Shown one piece after another: positions 21,712-33,458 of a stretch of DNA of 64,000 nucleotides. The position numbers were made by a program, and so were the translations under genes. The DNA is from Corallochytrium limacisporum Hawaii (lineage: Eukaryota; Protista; Pluriformea). Each line of letters opens with the position of its first letter. Position 1 is the first letter of the stretch. The stretch spans positions 1 through 64,000 of the forward strand of contig PDIP01000149.1 of NCBI GenBank assembly GCA_002811645.1, given 5' to 3'. The notes below the pieces were generated by a model. The model was not told the origin of the DNA and searched no databases. It saw nothing but the letters and a program-made list of their open reading frames with translations.

Positions 21712-21735
21712 GCTCAGATTGGGCGGGACCTGGCG
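21712..21735 (+). promoter_or_regulatory. Composite inverted CCAAT + GC-box element upstream of IMPDH
   Basis: GCTCAGATTGGGCGGGACCTGGCG, 21/24 identical to 59733-59756 upstream of MTAP; further CCAAT boxes near 21756, 21831 and 21842. Confidence 0.55.
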
Positions 21736-22068
21736 CTTGCTGTGCGGACAAGGACCCAATTCTACCCGCGCGCCCCACTGAGGGTCACATGGCTAAAAGC
21801 GCAGGCTTTCTCGACACGCAGAGACGGTCACCAATGCGTGGCCAATGGCGAGACTAGATATGTTGCAATTACAATGTAAGAAAAGTGGCCGTTCCCGGCT
21901 TGTTGATCACAAAAAAGACAAAGCTACAAGAGAGTCCACGTGGATCGGGTAAGAGGTACCGCTGAAAGTGTAACAAATGGCAAGAGCAGCTTTGCCCAAC
22001 CTTGGATATAGTTTAGGAGCAGAAATTGGTTGGCCGACGCCAATAGCATACACAGAAATAAGAAAACC

Positions 22069-23598
22069 ATGTCCAACGGCATCAACAAGGATTTGAGGGA
22101 CGGCCTCAGCGCCGACGAAATGTTCGGCAAGGGGGTCAGCCTAACCTACAATGATATTATGATCCTGCCGGGATACATTGACTTCCCTGCTAGCGCCGTG
22201 GACCTGACCACTAAGCTCAGTCGCAATATCAAGATGAAAACCCCATTCGTCTCGTCCCCCATGGACACCGTGACCGAGTCCGAAATGGCCATCCACATGG
22301 CCCTGCTCGGCGGTGTTGGTATTATTCACAATAACCAGGGTGCGGCGACCCAGGCCGAAATGGTCAGGAAGGTCAAAAAGTATGAACAGGGTTTTATTCT
22401 TGACCCCGTTACTCTACCTGCCACTGCCACTCTCATTGATCTTTTCGACATCAAGAAGAAGTTTGGCTTTAGTGGCATTCCCATCACTGATACGGGTAAG
22501 ATGCGCGGTAAGCTGTTGGGTATTGTCACCTCACGGGATGTTGATTTCCTCACCGACGAGCAGATCAACACTCTGACTGTCAAGGACGTGATGACCCCCC
22601 GCTCTGATCTCGTGGTCGGCACCCAAGACATGAACCTTGAGGATGCCAACCGGGTTGTCAAGGATTCCAAGAAGTCAAAGCTTCCGATCGTCAACGAACA
22701 GGATGAACTTGTGGCCTTGATTAGCCGCACTGACATTAAAAAGAACGAGACCTTCCCCCTTGCGTCCAAGGATCCTCACCACCAGCTGATCGCTGCTGCT
22801 GCCGTTGGCACTCGAGAACACGACCGTCAGCGTTTCCGTGCTCTGGTGGATGCCGGAGTGGATTGCATTGTTATTGATTCAAGCCAGGGTAACTCTTCCT
22901 ACCAGATCGAAATGATTCGTGCCATGAAGAATGAATTCCCAAACGTCGACATCGTTGGAGGTAACGTCGTGACCCGCGGTCAGGCTGCCAACCTGATTGC
23001 TGCTGGGGCCGATGGTCTGCGTGTGGGTATGGGCTCCGGATCGATTTGCATCACACAGGAGGTCATGGCTTGTGGGCGCGCTCAGAGTACCGCGGTCTGG
23101 AACGTAGCTCGTGAAGCTGCCAAGCACGACGTGCCCATCATTGCCGATGGTGGCATTGGCAATGTCGGACACATCATCAAAGCCTGCGCCTTGGGTGCGT
23201 CCACCGTGATGATGGGTTCCCTGCTGGCCGGTACCTCAGAGTCTCCGGGTGAATACTTCTACCAGGACGGTGTGCGCTTGAAGCGCTACCGTGGTATGGG
23301 TTCTCTGGATGCCATGGAGAAGGAAGGTGGAAAGCAGCGCTATTTCAGTGAGAAGGACAAGATCAAAGTTGCGCAGGGCGTGACTGGTTCTGTCGTGGAC
23401 CGCGGCAGCATTCATCGTTTCGTGCCGTACCTGTACGCTGGTGTCCAGCACGGTCTGCAGGACATTGGGTACAAGAGTCTGAGCACCCTGAAGGAGGGTA
23501 TGTACGCCGGTGATGTCCGCTTTGAGCAGCGTTCTCCAGCGGCCCAGTACGAAGGTGGTGTTCATGGTCTGCACAGCTTCGAGAAGCGCCTGTTCTAA
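22069..23598 (+). CDS. IMPDH: Inosine-5'-monophosphate dehydrogenase (509 aa)
   Basis: [21 protein letters not shown], tandem CBS domains, DSSQGNS, catalytic loop [22 protein letters not shown] and eukaryotic C-terminus [11 protein letters not shown]; ATG 22069 in accATG context. Confidence 0.98.
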   Translation: MSNGINKDLRDGLSADEMFGKGVSLTYNDIMILPGYIDFPASAVDLTTKLSRNIKMKTPFVSSPMDTVTESEMAIHMALLGGVGIIHNNQGAATQAEMVRKVKKYEQGFILDPVTLPATATLIDLFDIKKKFGFSGIPITDTGKMRGKLLGIVTSRDVDFLTDEQINTLTVKDVMTPRSDLVVGTQDMNLEDANRVVKDSKKSKLPIVNEQDELVALISRTDIKKNETFPLASKDPHHQLIAAAAVGTREHDRQRFRALVDAGVDCIVIDSSQGNSSYQIEMIRAMKNEFPNVDIVGGNVVTRGQAANLIAAGADGLRVGMGSGSICITQEVMACGRAQSTAVWNVAREAAKHDVPIIADGGIGNVGHIIKACALGASTVMMGSLLAGTSESPGEYFYQDGVRLKRYRGMGSLDAMEKEGGKQRYFSEKDKIKVAQGVTGSVVDRGSIHRFVPYLYAGVQHGLQDIGYKSLSTLKEGMYAGDVRFEQRSPAAQYEGGVHGLHSFEKRLF

Positions 23599-23903
23599 AC
23601 GACTGTTCTCTCTCATGTCCCATTTCTTATGTCTCATCTGTGTACTTAATATAGAGCATATGCTACACTTTCCAATTTCAAATCAGCTTGTTGCACTGAA
23701 AACAGGCACACTTACAATCACAGGCTACCTTCTTGGGAGAGATCTTTTTTTTTGCGAACAACGCGAAGACTATATGTGTAAACTATTACATGATGCAACA
23801 AAAGGGTGGACTATGGTCACCGGAATTGGGTGCTCTGTTCAAAATACAAATGCATTGAACTAGTTATATTGCACACAACAAAGAGTATGGCTAACGTGAG
23901 GAC

Positions 23904-26024
23904 TCAGCCTTCATAATCATCTTCCTCCATCGACAGCTTCATTGTGCGTTTCTTCCTGGTCTTGGAGTTGGATTTCTTGCGGGTCCTCGAAGTGAGCTCG
24001 GATAGGAAATCGTCATCCGTAGCATCTTGCTTCTCCGTCTTGGGACGGTTTTCAATTTCTCGAGCGGTAACGGCAGTACTGGCCATGGCACGCTCCATAG
24101 GTGAGTCCACTCTGTCTAGGAAGTCATTTACGTCGACCTCCGCATGTAGACTCTTGGGTATTGGGTCCGTGGCCTTTGAATGCTCCACCGGCGCTTCTCG
24201 GAACGCGTCCGGCACGACATTGTTGTCAAACATAGCAGCTGTTAGTGCAGCCGCGGCGGCATCTTCTTTGTCCTGTAGACGCGCATCTACTGAAGGTACT
24301 GTCATGGACGTCTGCCTCGGAGGAGAAGCTGGTGCTATTTCAACCGCTGGTGGAGCATCTTCCAAAATCTCCCTACCAGCTCTGGGAGAGTTGATCACCC
24401 CCCGCTGGAGCGCACTGGTTCCTGTACTGGTGGTCGCCCTGGATGCCTGCGGCTCTCTCTGGACATTACGGTCATGCTTCGACGTGCCTTTTGACACCAT
24501 TCTGTTTTTCCTCATTACCTCCTTGGTCTGTAGGATACTGCTGTCGTCCGAGGATGGCTCAGGAGCCCGCTTCGCTTGAGCGTTCTCGCGCATCTTCCGC
24601 CTGGCGTCTTCCAATTTCTTCGACCGCAGTCGGCGACTCCTGTCGAGGGTCTCCTGAGCTTCAGCGTCCACTTCGCTGTCAATTGGTCCCGTCTCTGTGT
24701 CTTCATTGTCTCCCAGGAAGTCCTCCAGATCGATTTCTTGGTCACCGTTAATAGATGACCCCAAACCGCTGCTGGCATTGCTCGCACTACGGCTGTGTTT
24801 CGGGCCACTGGGCACACGCCTGTGTCCCCTAACTGCACTAGCAACATTGAGACTGCCATTGTCGTACTCCATGCTTTCCCGTCTTTGTCGCTCAATCACC
24901 TGCTGCTGATGCTTGCGTTCACGAGTCTTCTTAAAGTATACAAAGTCCTGGCTCAACCCAGCCGATATCAGATCATCCGCGCAGCGATGTAACCGCTCAG
25001 CCATATCCAGCTGTGCACGTGCATACATAGCCTGGCGGGCCTGTAGGAAAGGGACATTGATGGCGGTGTACAGATATTTCAGTCCATAGCCCAAGATCGC
25101 ACTCGATTCCCCAAAATGCAATTGTCCAGTCGGGTGGAGTGTGAGATAATACTCGTCATTCAGCCCAGTGCTCGTCTCATCCCTTTGTGGCCGCGATGCA
25201 TCAACCTTTGTTGATGAGGCTGAATTGGCCGTACTGTGAGCCCGATGCTCCTGAACGTACTCTTCACAACGATCCCTCCAGATCTGCTCCAATTCTTCAT
25301 GCCATACCGCAATGACGTCTCTGTACTCGGTCTCCCCGTCCATTTGGTCTCCGTTCTCCTCGCTGGCACTGCTAGAGTGTAGCAGTTGATCAAGGACATC
25401 CCGTTTCGTTCCGAGTACTAAGACATTCACCGTCACGGGAATCTCTTCCTTCATCAACCGCTTGATGTAGTGCATCGGGCTCTCGGCGACTGCAGTATCC
25501 TTCATCACACTAACGTGCCACTCGAGAGCCAGATCTAGTAGTAAAATGACCAATGATGTACCCCTATACACATCCATATGTGCAGCATCTGCTGGAGGCA
25601 GGGCTAGACCTGTGGCCCCATTGATTATCGTCGTTCTATTGGAGTCGTTACCTTTGTTGCCATCAGGAACGTCCCAAACCTCAACCTTTGCTTCTGCGGC
25701 AATCACGTTGCTGCCTCCCACACCCCCTACGGCACAACCGCGCGCAGGGCTCCAGCGGATATGGTCCGAATTCAAACGCAAGGTTGGAGTGTGATTCATG
25801 GGCGGCTGTTTGCCCTGCAGGCAACGGAACAAGCTTGTCTTACCTGACCCAGACGGACCCCGTAGGATCACACGAAGATTGTAGCGCTCCAAAGCATGGT
25901 CAGGCTTCTTTGTCAACCGGTTGGCTAGTTTGTGATCACCAACCGGCGACGGTGGTATTTCCTTTGGCGCTAACGGTGGAGCCCGAGGTGGCCCGCCAGC
26001 AAAATTGCTTCGTAGCCAATCCAT
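23904..26024 (-). CDS. RABL6: Rab-like protein 6 (RBEL1/PARF) atypical GTPase with long disordered C-terminus
   Basis: YNLRVILRGPSGSGKTSLFRCLQG, KVEVWDV, DAAHMDVY, VLVLGTKRD and ESSAILGYGLKYLYTAINVPFLQ follow the RABL6 pattern; basic then acidic tail KTRKKRT...EEDDYEG. Confidence 0.88.
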   Translation of the reverse strand: MDWLRSNFAGGPPRAPPLAPKEIPPSPVGDHKLANRLTKKPDHALERYNLRVILRGPSGSGKTSLFRCLQGKQPPMNHTPTLRLNSDHIRWSPARGCAVGGVGGSNVIAAEAKVEVWDVPDGNKGNDSNRTTIINGATGLALPPADAAHMDVYRGTSLVILLLDLALEWHVSVMKDTAVAESPMHYIKRLMKEEIPVTVNVLVLGTKRDVLDQLLHSSSASEENGDQMDGETEYRDVIAVWHEELEQIWRDRCEEYVQEHRAHSTANSASSTKVDASRPQRDETSTGLNDEYYLTLHPTGQLHFGESSAILGYGLKYLYTAINVPFLQARQAMYARAQLDMAERLHRCADDLISAGLSQDFVYFKKTRERKHQQQVIERQRRESMEYDNGSLNVASAVRGHRRVPSGPKHSRSASNASSGLGSSINGDQEIDLEDFLGDNEDTETGPIDSEVDAEAQETLDRSRRLRSKKLEDARRKMRENAQAKRAPEPSSDDSSILQTKEVMRKNRMVSKGTSKHDRNVQREPQASRATTSTGTSALQRGVINSPRAGREILEDAPPAVEIAPASPPRQTSMTVPSVDARLQDKEDAAAAALTAAMFDNNVVPDAFREAPVEHSKATDPIPKSLHAEVDVNDFLDRVDSPMERAMASTAVTAREIENRPKTEKQDATDDDFLSELTSRTRKKSNSKTRKKRTMKLSMEEDDYEG

Positions 26025-26697
26025 GGTCACGATTCACGTTTGACTATGCGTGCTACTTCCGACAAGGGGTGTTTTAGTTACGGCTCAACGCCTACCATTC
26101 TTTGTACATTCGTATCTCCCGTCATGAAATTGAATCCCATCCTGAAACAATTCACTGGTCAAATTCTATAAACACAATGCTCACTCCTTTCGCAAACGTT
26201 CTTTGAATACCAGTAACATGTCGCCGCCGTGGCAGTCTGGCTATTCCCGATAGGGAGCGCCCGCAATCCTGCACCACAACAGGAGGCGCGGCTGAGCCGG
26301 AAACGGTTAGGGTGTAGGGTCGGGCACGGGCGAAAATTCACTACACCACCTTAGCCCCCATTGCTCCCCCACCCCTCTTTCTCCGGGCGCGTCGAGAATC
26401 GGTCGTCCTCCCTCCGGGCTTTGTACTGGTACCCTCCAACCAAAGAGCTTTCCCAGGCCAGAAACTGTGACCCGAGGGGAGGGGTGAAGAGTGGGTAAGA
26501 GAAACGGCGGGGGAGAGAGTCTATGGGAAACGTACCATTGCAGCAACGCGCAGCAAATGAAACAAATGAATACGGTACGATATGTATTTCAAATTCTACT
26601 TTACAGGCATCAAGGGAGTGGCAATACGATGCGTAGTGCATATGCACAAATGTCATTTAAAGGAAAGAGGAACCCCACGGTCAGTTGTCCTGGATTC

Positions 26698-28017
26698 CTA
26701 GACCATGCCCGCACTATACTTATTCTGCCGTCCTCGAGCACGATCAAGCTTCTTGGCCTTTGCCTCATCCGCCTTTTGCCGCAGGTCGATGCCTGTGCGT
26801 TCCTGGCCGAGCTCTGCATCTGGTAGTCCGAGCAAAGACCGCACGAAGTTGTTGCCATTCAGATGGATCAGCATACCACCAGCCAGTACTCGTCGCAATC
26901 CCTGGAGCTGCACGTAGTCTTCCCAAGACTCGACCTCGTAGTCTTCCTTGGCCAACTTCAAGGTCTCCGACGGCACATCACCGTCCCTGATGCCCCGGGC
27001 AATGTCTCGGAAGGCGGCCTTCTGCTTGGCCTTGTCCTTCTTTGACACGCGCTTGCTGCTCTCTTTGACCAACTGTTCGAGGGTGTCATTCAATTCCGAC
27101 TGGTCAAAACTATTGAGAGCGTCCTCATTGTGTTCCCGCATCTTTTCGAAGAGGAGAGCTAAAGCCTCCCCGGCATTTACTCTCGTCATCAGGTCTGTGT
27201 CGCGCAGAGTCGCAACTATCCGCTGAAATTCTTCTAGGTAAATCTGTTCCACATCATCGTCTTCAATGCGGGTAAGAATCAAGGCAAACCCTTGCAGAGC
27301 CGCACGCTTGATCTGACTTCCATTGCCCTTGGGTCCAAAAAGATCCGCGAACTTGTGCGCCAGCGCAACCACGCGATCCTCCTCCGGGCAGGCAATAACC
27401 ATAATCCAACTGAGGGACATGATGCATGCGGCCCGTTCTCCATCGTCTGCCGATGGATCCTGCGCAACCACCATGAGCACCTCACCCATTTTACTCATAA
27501 GATCTTCATGGTGGCCTTCATCTGCCGACTGCAGAAGAAAGGCTGCGGCAGCCGCGGCTGCAAGTGACCGTTCCTGTGAGTCACCTTTTCTGACACTGGC
27601 TGTGATTGCACTGACAATGCTGTCCCGGCGTTCGTCGTACACTTCCGTGAGCACACTGCCTTGGCTGACACGCAGAAGCGTCTTGAGTCCCAGCATTCGC
27701 TGAGTTGAACGCTTTTCAGCGCAGAATTCTAGTGCTTCATCAACGATGGCCATCTGCTTGTCTACGGCACTGTGTCCTAATTCTGGCTGTACGAACTGCT
27801 GCAGCTCCTCGTGACTGAGGTTAAAATCGCTCATCATGCTACCGGCGCCAAGACTGGCGGTTTCATAGTCAAGATCACTGGTGTCGTCCGCTCCCCAAGA
27901 ATTGTCTGTGGCCGTATGGAAATCGCTCCAATTACCATTGGTTGCGTTTGTCTGAGGAACAGACAATAAAGCCTGCTGGCGCAGGTCTTTCGGTGCCCTG
28001 CGAGACTTTTTACCCAT
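26698..28017 (-). CDS. IFRD: Interferon-related developmental regulator family protein (IFRD1/2-like, ARM/HEAT fold)
   Basis: Basic N-terminus MGKKSRR, EKRSTQRMLGL, RVNAGEALALLFE, ESSKRVSKKDKAKQKAAFRDI, LRRVLAGGMLIHLNGNNFVRSLLG and basic tail RARGRQNK. Confidence 0.92.
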   Translation of the reverse strand: MGKKSRRAPKDLRQQALLSVPQTNATNGNWSDFHTATDNSWGADDTSDLDYETASLGAGSMMSDFNLSHEELQQFVQPELGHSAVDKQMAIVDEALEFCAEKRSTQRMLGLKTLLRVSQGSVLTEVYDERRDSIVSAITASVRKGDSQERSLAAAAAAAFLLQSADEGHHEDLMSKMGEVLMVVAQDPSADDGERAACIMSLSWIMVIACPEEDRVVALAHKFADLFGPKGNGSQIKRAALQGFALILTRIEDDDVEQIYLEEFQRIVATLRDTDLMTRVNAGEALALLFEKMREHNEDALNSFDQSELNDTLEQLVKESSKRVSKKDKAKQKAAFRDIARGIRDGDVPSETLKLAKEDYEVESWEDYVQLQGLRRVLAGGMLIHLNGNNFVRSLLGLPDAELGQERTGIDLRQKADEAKAKKLDRARGRQNKYSAGMV

Positions 28018-30932
28018 TGTGTCGTTTCAATATTCTTGCGTTATTCCGTTATTCTGTGGTTGCCAGGATTTATGCAATTGAACTCTTTAATCGTGTTAAG
28101 TTTCTGTGTATATGATTCCTGTTCTAATTTTCAATGGAGCCTGTGTATTCATGCTTGTTTACCCAAGGCTTATTTTGCAAACGAATTTCGGAACCAGAAT
28201 CCTAGCTACGGTTATGAAAAACAATACTCTTCTGTAACCCAAAACCGATTTACTTTTTTTCGTTTTCCATTGTATACCACTCAGCTTGTATCCAAATAAT
28301 GGTCATGATCGTTCAGGGGTGAAGACTGTGACACCCAGCATGAAGCTTTTCGTTGCTTTCTAGAATTTGTCCGGGGTCCATTCTTGTTGCAGTGACTCCT
28401 TCGTGACCCTTCCCGACCACGTCTGGCCCAAGGGTACTCTTTGGCGTGCTCCCTGTTGAGGGGGGGGGGGTATCGTGCCTGGGCGGCAGGGGGCGGGCGG
28501 TTGAAGCGTCCGACTTCCTGACCAGCTGGGTATAGCCCAGCCCAGTGCGCCGGCAGGAGTGGAGGGGTTCATTTTCTTCCCTGCCCAGGCCATGAGCTTT
28601 TGGCCGCTTTGTCAAGAGTTCACCACGAGCCCGTGGTTGCCTGCCTCGGTCACTCCACCTGCCTTGGTTCTTGGGCGTCCTGACCCGGCCCAAAACAAAT
28701 AAAGGCAACGATAGAGGGGACGAAAAAAAATAGCCAACGAAACCAACAAACGGGCGCAACCCAAAAAAAGAAAGGGGATATTTTGCACTTGGCAGAAAGT
28801 GCCCGCTCGGTGTCCCCGCTGTGTTCCCTTTTTCGGGCCCCCGGGGGGGGACCCCCAGGGCTCTTCCCGTTCAGTCCCCACCAAGAGCCGAGAGCCGAGA
28901 GCCGAGGACGGACGCATCCGAAATTGCAAAGCCCGCCCGCCAAGCCCGAACGTACAGAAGACTATGGTTGCCTTGCGGAGGGTCGACCAAACCCCCTGTT
29001 TGATCTGTACGACCACCGAGCAATCCCGCAAACCATCCATTCACAGTTGACCCAACACGCCGGCACCGGAAGCAGAACAAACATCCGGAGAAATGCCGCC
29101 GATTGCTGCCCCGGGGGGTTCGATCCCCCTTAGCGGTGAAGGCGGTACATTATACGCCCGTGGAGACATCCCCCCCCCCAATTTCCCGTGCAAAAATAAA
29201 TATACCCCCGTCGCCTCGCGGCTCGACCCTTTGAAACTTCCGGCTCTCTCATCGTTTCGTCTATTGGGTGGGTTTTTGGCGCTCTTTGTGTGGAAAAGCG
29301 GGGCTTTTTGATTCTCATACGAGGGAGGGGAGGCGGCACGGCATGCTTGGGGTTTCAATCGTGGTCCCCGCTCCCACACCCACAGACGACAGTTGACTCT
29401 CCGTCGCTGGTCACATACGCGCTTCTGTAGGAACTGGATACCTTCTCAAAACCACCAGTAAGGGTATGGTTTTCAGTGGAACAATTGTAGTGTCCACCAA
29501 GCATTTTCTTGTATGTTCAGTAGGCTTTACCTTCCGGTGTGAGCCAATTGGTGTTCCATTCCCTACCATAGTTCTCCCACTATGGCTACATCCTCGATGC
29601 GGTACTGTCACTACTGCGTTCATGCTCCACCTCCCCTCTCTACGCGTCCAGTTGTGCATTACAGGCCATGAGGTACGAGTTGCCTCCAGATAACCAGAAG
29701 GATGCGAACGATGCGTAGAATTGCGGGATCAAATCATATCAGCGCATTTCCATGACTCTCTGCCCTTGGCCGCGAGTTGCGTAGAAAAATTTTCAGAGAC
29801 GTACATGTGTGACAGACGTATTGGTGTTTCATTTCACTCACACATTGATACGGGAAAAGCACCGCGGCATGGCATGATAGATCGCACCATCCCCGCTTCT
29901 CCGAATTCTACCCATTAAGTCCGGCAGCACATTGTGCCAAAGCATCGTGATAGATGGTGCTGACCTCACAGACCTCCAAAACGACTGGGTGGTACCAAGC
30001 TGCGAATTATTTGTCCTCACACCTTCAAAGACGTAGTCTCCAGCGATTTCTCTCGCACGAGAAGTTCTTGATGGGACGCATGGTCACATGCATAACAGTA
30101 CTATTCGAGAACCAGAAACGAGAAACCACGTCAAACAAACTGAATGCTTTTGGCTGGCCTCGTCATGTTTCCATCACAATGCATCAAACTTGACAGTTGG
30201 GAATCTTGATGAGAGACACACCCGTCCAACCACATATCGGGGTGGATGGACACCAGTCTGTTTGAGAACAACAAAAAGAAAAGGGGCAGAAGTAGATCCA
30301 GCTGGTTACCATGCACTATGTGTTCGGCATCGTATGGACAATTAGATGTCACCAAAAAGGAAAGACAGGGAAATGACTCCCAAAACGGATAACGCCAGGC
30401 GGGAAAAGGGAAAGAGATCAGAACGAGAGTCTTCTGTTAACTTTTCTTTTTCTTTTTAATATTTTCTTCATGACTTTCAACCTCAGACCCACTTTTTTTC
30501 GTCGGAACGTTGGGAATGACAGCGGTTTTCCGTCAAGGCGTCCCGAATGGCGAGGGACAAAACTACGTTTACTGGTAGCACAATCTCATGCTTCGTCTAT
30601 GTAGGCGACCAGGAAGAAGAGGGAAAGGGCGGCGCATGGCAAACGTGACGTTATTTAGACTAAGCAGGGCATCAGTGTTCGACGGGGGGATGAAACGATA
30701 GATGATGAAGTACGATTCGGAGGTTCCCTGACGTACTCCTCGCTGTCGTAGCTATCTGAGTGTTCAGTTTTGCTGCACAAAGGTTTTTCAATGTTGGTGA
30801 GTGCACCTACTACTGTAGACTCATATGCCCTAGACTCACATGATCTAATAGGTTCGGGTTGGCATCTTCGGCTAGCGAGACGAACAGAGTGGAAATGGCT
30901 GCAATCATTGGGCCGTCCACGGCGAGAATTTA

Positions 30933-32267
30933 ATGTCCCACGGTCAAAAGACACAAGGGGGCCAACAGGAGGGCCGTGAGATTCCGGTACATCCCGGATG
31001 GGTGCCAATAGCCGATGAGACGCAACCTAGGATCCACACTGAACAGACACGACAAAATCCGATTCAATTGCCACAATTCTATCCCGGTACAGGTCCCCAG
31101 AAGTTCCCTGTATCACAACCACCCTCTGGTCAACCATGGTCAGGGTCCCAATACATGAGCCATGTACACGAACATGCTCAGGATCCGTGGTATAGAGCTC
31201 AAGCTACAGGGCCGCCTGAGGGAACAGTACCCCAACAGTCACAATATCCCGGAGGGACAACCCCGACCAGCAGTGGAGTCATGGCAATTCCAAGTTACCC
31301 GCATAGCTTAGACCCTATGCAAATGCAACACCTCCCGCAACAGCAGACACCGTTTGCGTCGCAACATCATGTGGCCTCACACATGCCACGCCCACAACCG
31401 CCACACTACATGCAATCACATATGCCACCACCACCTCACCATGTGCAAGCATCCATGCCACCACAACCACCACATATGCAAACACATATGCCACCTCAGC
31501 CGCAACACGTGGAAGCACACCGGCCGTCACCGCCGCCAATGTCACACCATGTGCCTCCACCGCAGCAGGATCTACAGTACATGACGGCTCCTCTCACGGG
31601 AGCATTTTCACAGCCAGAACCGCAGCAACATGCATTGATCAAACCCTTGATTGTGCAGCCGCTTGGTTCCGAACACGCTTACCTACTGCGTGGAGAACCA
31701 CCACGAGACATTCCCGTGATTGATGCTCGCGTATATTCATTGACCAAGCCAGATTCCCGAAGATCTGGAAGTTCTCGGGGACAGAGCACTGGCCAGTATC
31801 GTGTTGGACGGCGTCGGAAGGAGCGACATTTCGAATTGGAACCAAAAACTGTGCAGAAGAAGAAACAGCAGTATCAGCAGCCCCACCACCACCACCACCA
31901 GCAGCAGCAGCAACAGTCGCAGCAGCAGCAACAGCAACAGCCGCAGCAACAACACCAACAACTGCCGGAGCAGCAGCAGCAGCCGCAGCATCAACACCAC
32001 CAATTGCAGCAGCAGCCACAGCAACAACACCAACATATGCTGACGCAGCCAAAGCAACAACAACGACAGATGGAGCAGCAGCCACAGCAACACCAACTAC
32101 AGCAGCATCAACAGCAGTCGCAGCAGCATCAACAGCACCAGCAGCATCAACAGCAACACCATCAGCAGTCGCAGTATCACCAGCAACCGCAACAGCAAGC
32201 TACCGGTCCCCCTGTCTCCAGCGTGCCAGGCCAACCATCCAGCAATGGCGAGAAGCCACTGTCGTAG
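30933..32267 (+). CDS. Hypothetical low-complexity Q/H/P-rich protein with basic patch (444 aa)
   Basis: Long ATG ORF; mixed CAG/CAA/CAC codons at about 31865-32200 stay in frame; degenerate HMPPxPxH repeats; RRRKER...KKK patch. Confidence 0.6.
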   Translation: MSHGQKTQGGQQEGREIPVHPGWVPIADETQPRIHTEQTRQNPIQLPQFYPGTGPQKFPVSQPPSGQPWSGSQYMSHVHEHAQDPWYRAQATGPPEGTVPQQSQYPGGTTPTSSGVMAIPSYPHSLDPMQMQHLPQQQTPFASQHHVASHMPRPQPPHYMQSHMPPPPHHVQASMPPQPPHMQTHMPPQPQHVEAHRPSPPPMSHHVPPPQQDLQYMTAPLTGAFSQPEPQQHALIKPLIVQPLGSEHAYLLRGEPPRDIPVIDARVYSLTKPDSRRSGSSRGQSTGQYRVGRRRKERHFELEPKTVQKKKQQYQQPHHHHHQQQQQQSQQQQQQQPQQQHQQLPEQQQQPQHQHHQLQQQPQQQHQHMLTQPKQQQRQMEQQPQQHQLQQHQQQSQQHQQHQQHQQQHHQQSQYHQQPQQQATGPPVSSVPGQPSSNGEKPLS

Positions 32268-32754
32268 CCCGCGGCCGGGAAATGACATTTTCCCTCCCTT
32301 TTTCCCCCCCCAATCCCCAGCTGTGCGTCGTGCGATGGACACCTAGGAGATTGTCCCCCCCCTTTCTTTTCTTTCGCAAGACGTTTGCGTTCGCAGAAAG
32401 GCAAACGAGTCTTTGGCATATAATCAGCAAATAATGAATAAGCAAAAGGAAGAAAGAAAAAAAAAACAAAGGAGCAACTATAAAATAGAAAGTCTTAAAG
32501 AAGATAGAAATACTTTTATTGCGCCAGAACCACGATCATTACCCTGGGTAACATTTTCCTATTGTTTGTCAAAGGTATTTGATAACGACTCCCCCTCCGC
32601 GCTCGATTTGGTTCAGTGTATGAGGATTTCATTCGGAGTTGGAAGTTGGTGGAATGCGAGATCTTTTCCTTCCAGGAGGGGTATTAAACAGATGCTGGGC
32701 GCCATCGGGAAGAAAACGGGGGCAGGGGGAGAATGTGGGGGGAGTGGGGGGGGT

Positions 32755-32994
32755 NNNNNNNNNNNNNNNNNNNNNNNNNNNNNNNNNNNNNNNNNNNNNN
32801 NNNNNNNNNNNNNNNNNNNNNNNNNNNNNNNNNNNNNNNNNNNNNNNNNNNNNNNNNNNNNNNNNNNNNNNNNNNNNNNNNNNNNNNNNNNNNNNNNNNN
32901 NNNNNNNNNNNNNNNNNNNNNNNNNNNNNNNNNNNNNNNNNNNNNNNNNNNNNNNNNNNNNNNNNNNNNNNNNNNNNNNNNNNNNNNNNNNNNN
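32755..32994. other. Assembly gap (240 N)
   Basis: N run flanked by G-rich tracts. Confidence 0.99.
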
Positions 32995-33406
32995 GGGGGG
33001 GAGGAGAGGGGAGGATCGTGTGTAAACGGCGCGGTGGCAAAATAAGCTTTCGCGGGGTTAAGCTGTGAAAATGAGTGGCCAAGCCCTGCAACGGACTTTG
33101 CGATCCGGGCACCTTCGACAAAGACACCAATCGATTACGCTGGCAGGTATGATAAGGCAGACTGATAGGCTGGTGCAGGCCGTAGGCTGATGGGCAGCAA
33201 TGCAGGATGGTCCATGTTTCAAACCAGACGAGGGGGCAACTGGTGGGGGGCGGCGGCCTTTGAGAACAAGGATGACAAATCACAGGAATAGGAAAGAAAA
33301 TGTCAAGCCGCCAGGACAGGTGGTTTGTGCAGGGGGGGGGGCTGCTTAACCCATCAAATTCATTTTTTATTGCATTGATTGAGTTTTCGTCGGATTGGTT
33401 ATTCAT

Positions 33407-33458
33407 CGGTAGTGTGGCCAGAACGCGGTAGTGAGGCCAGACACGGTAGTGAGGCCAG
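33407..33458. repeat. Short tandem repeat, 3 copies of CGGTAGTGWGGCCAG (period 18-19 nt)
   Basis: CGGTAGTGTGGCCAGAACG / CGGTAGTGAGGCCAGACA / CGGTAGTGAGGCCAG. Confidence 0.9.

Noticed and set aside
29060-29140. GGGGGTTCGATCCCCCT looks like a tRNA T-arm/B-box
   Set aside because: No D-arm, anticodon arm or acceptor pairing upstream.
29400-30350. Possible transposase or pseudogene remnant in normal-complexity DNA (also 39250-39800 and 61300-62900)
   Set aside because: No DDE, RT, integrase or other motif recognised in the frames examined; no terminal repeats or target-site duplications seen.
33407-33458. CRISPR-like repeat array
   Set aside because: Spacers are only 3-4 nt, the context is eukaryotic and there are no cas genes.
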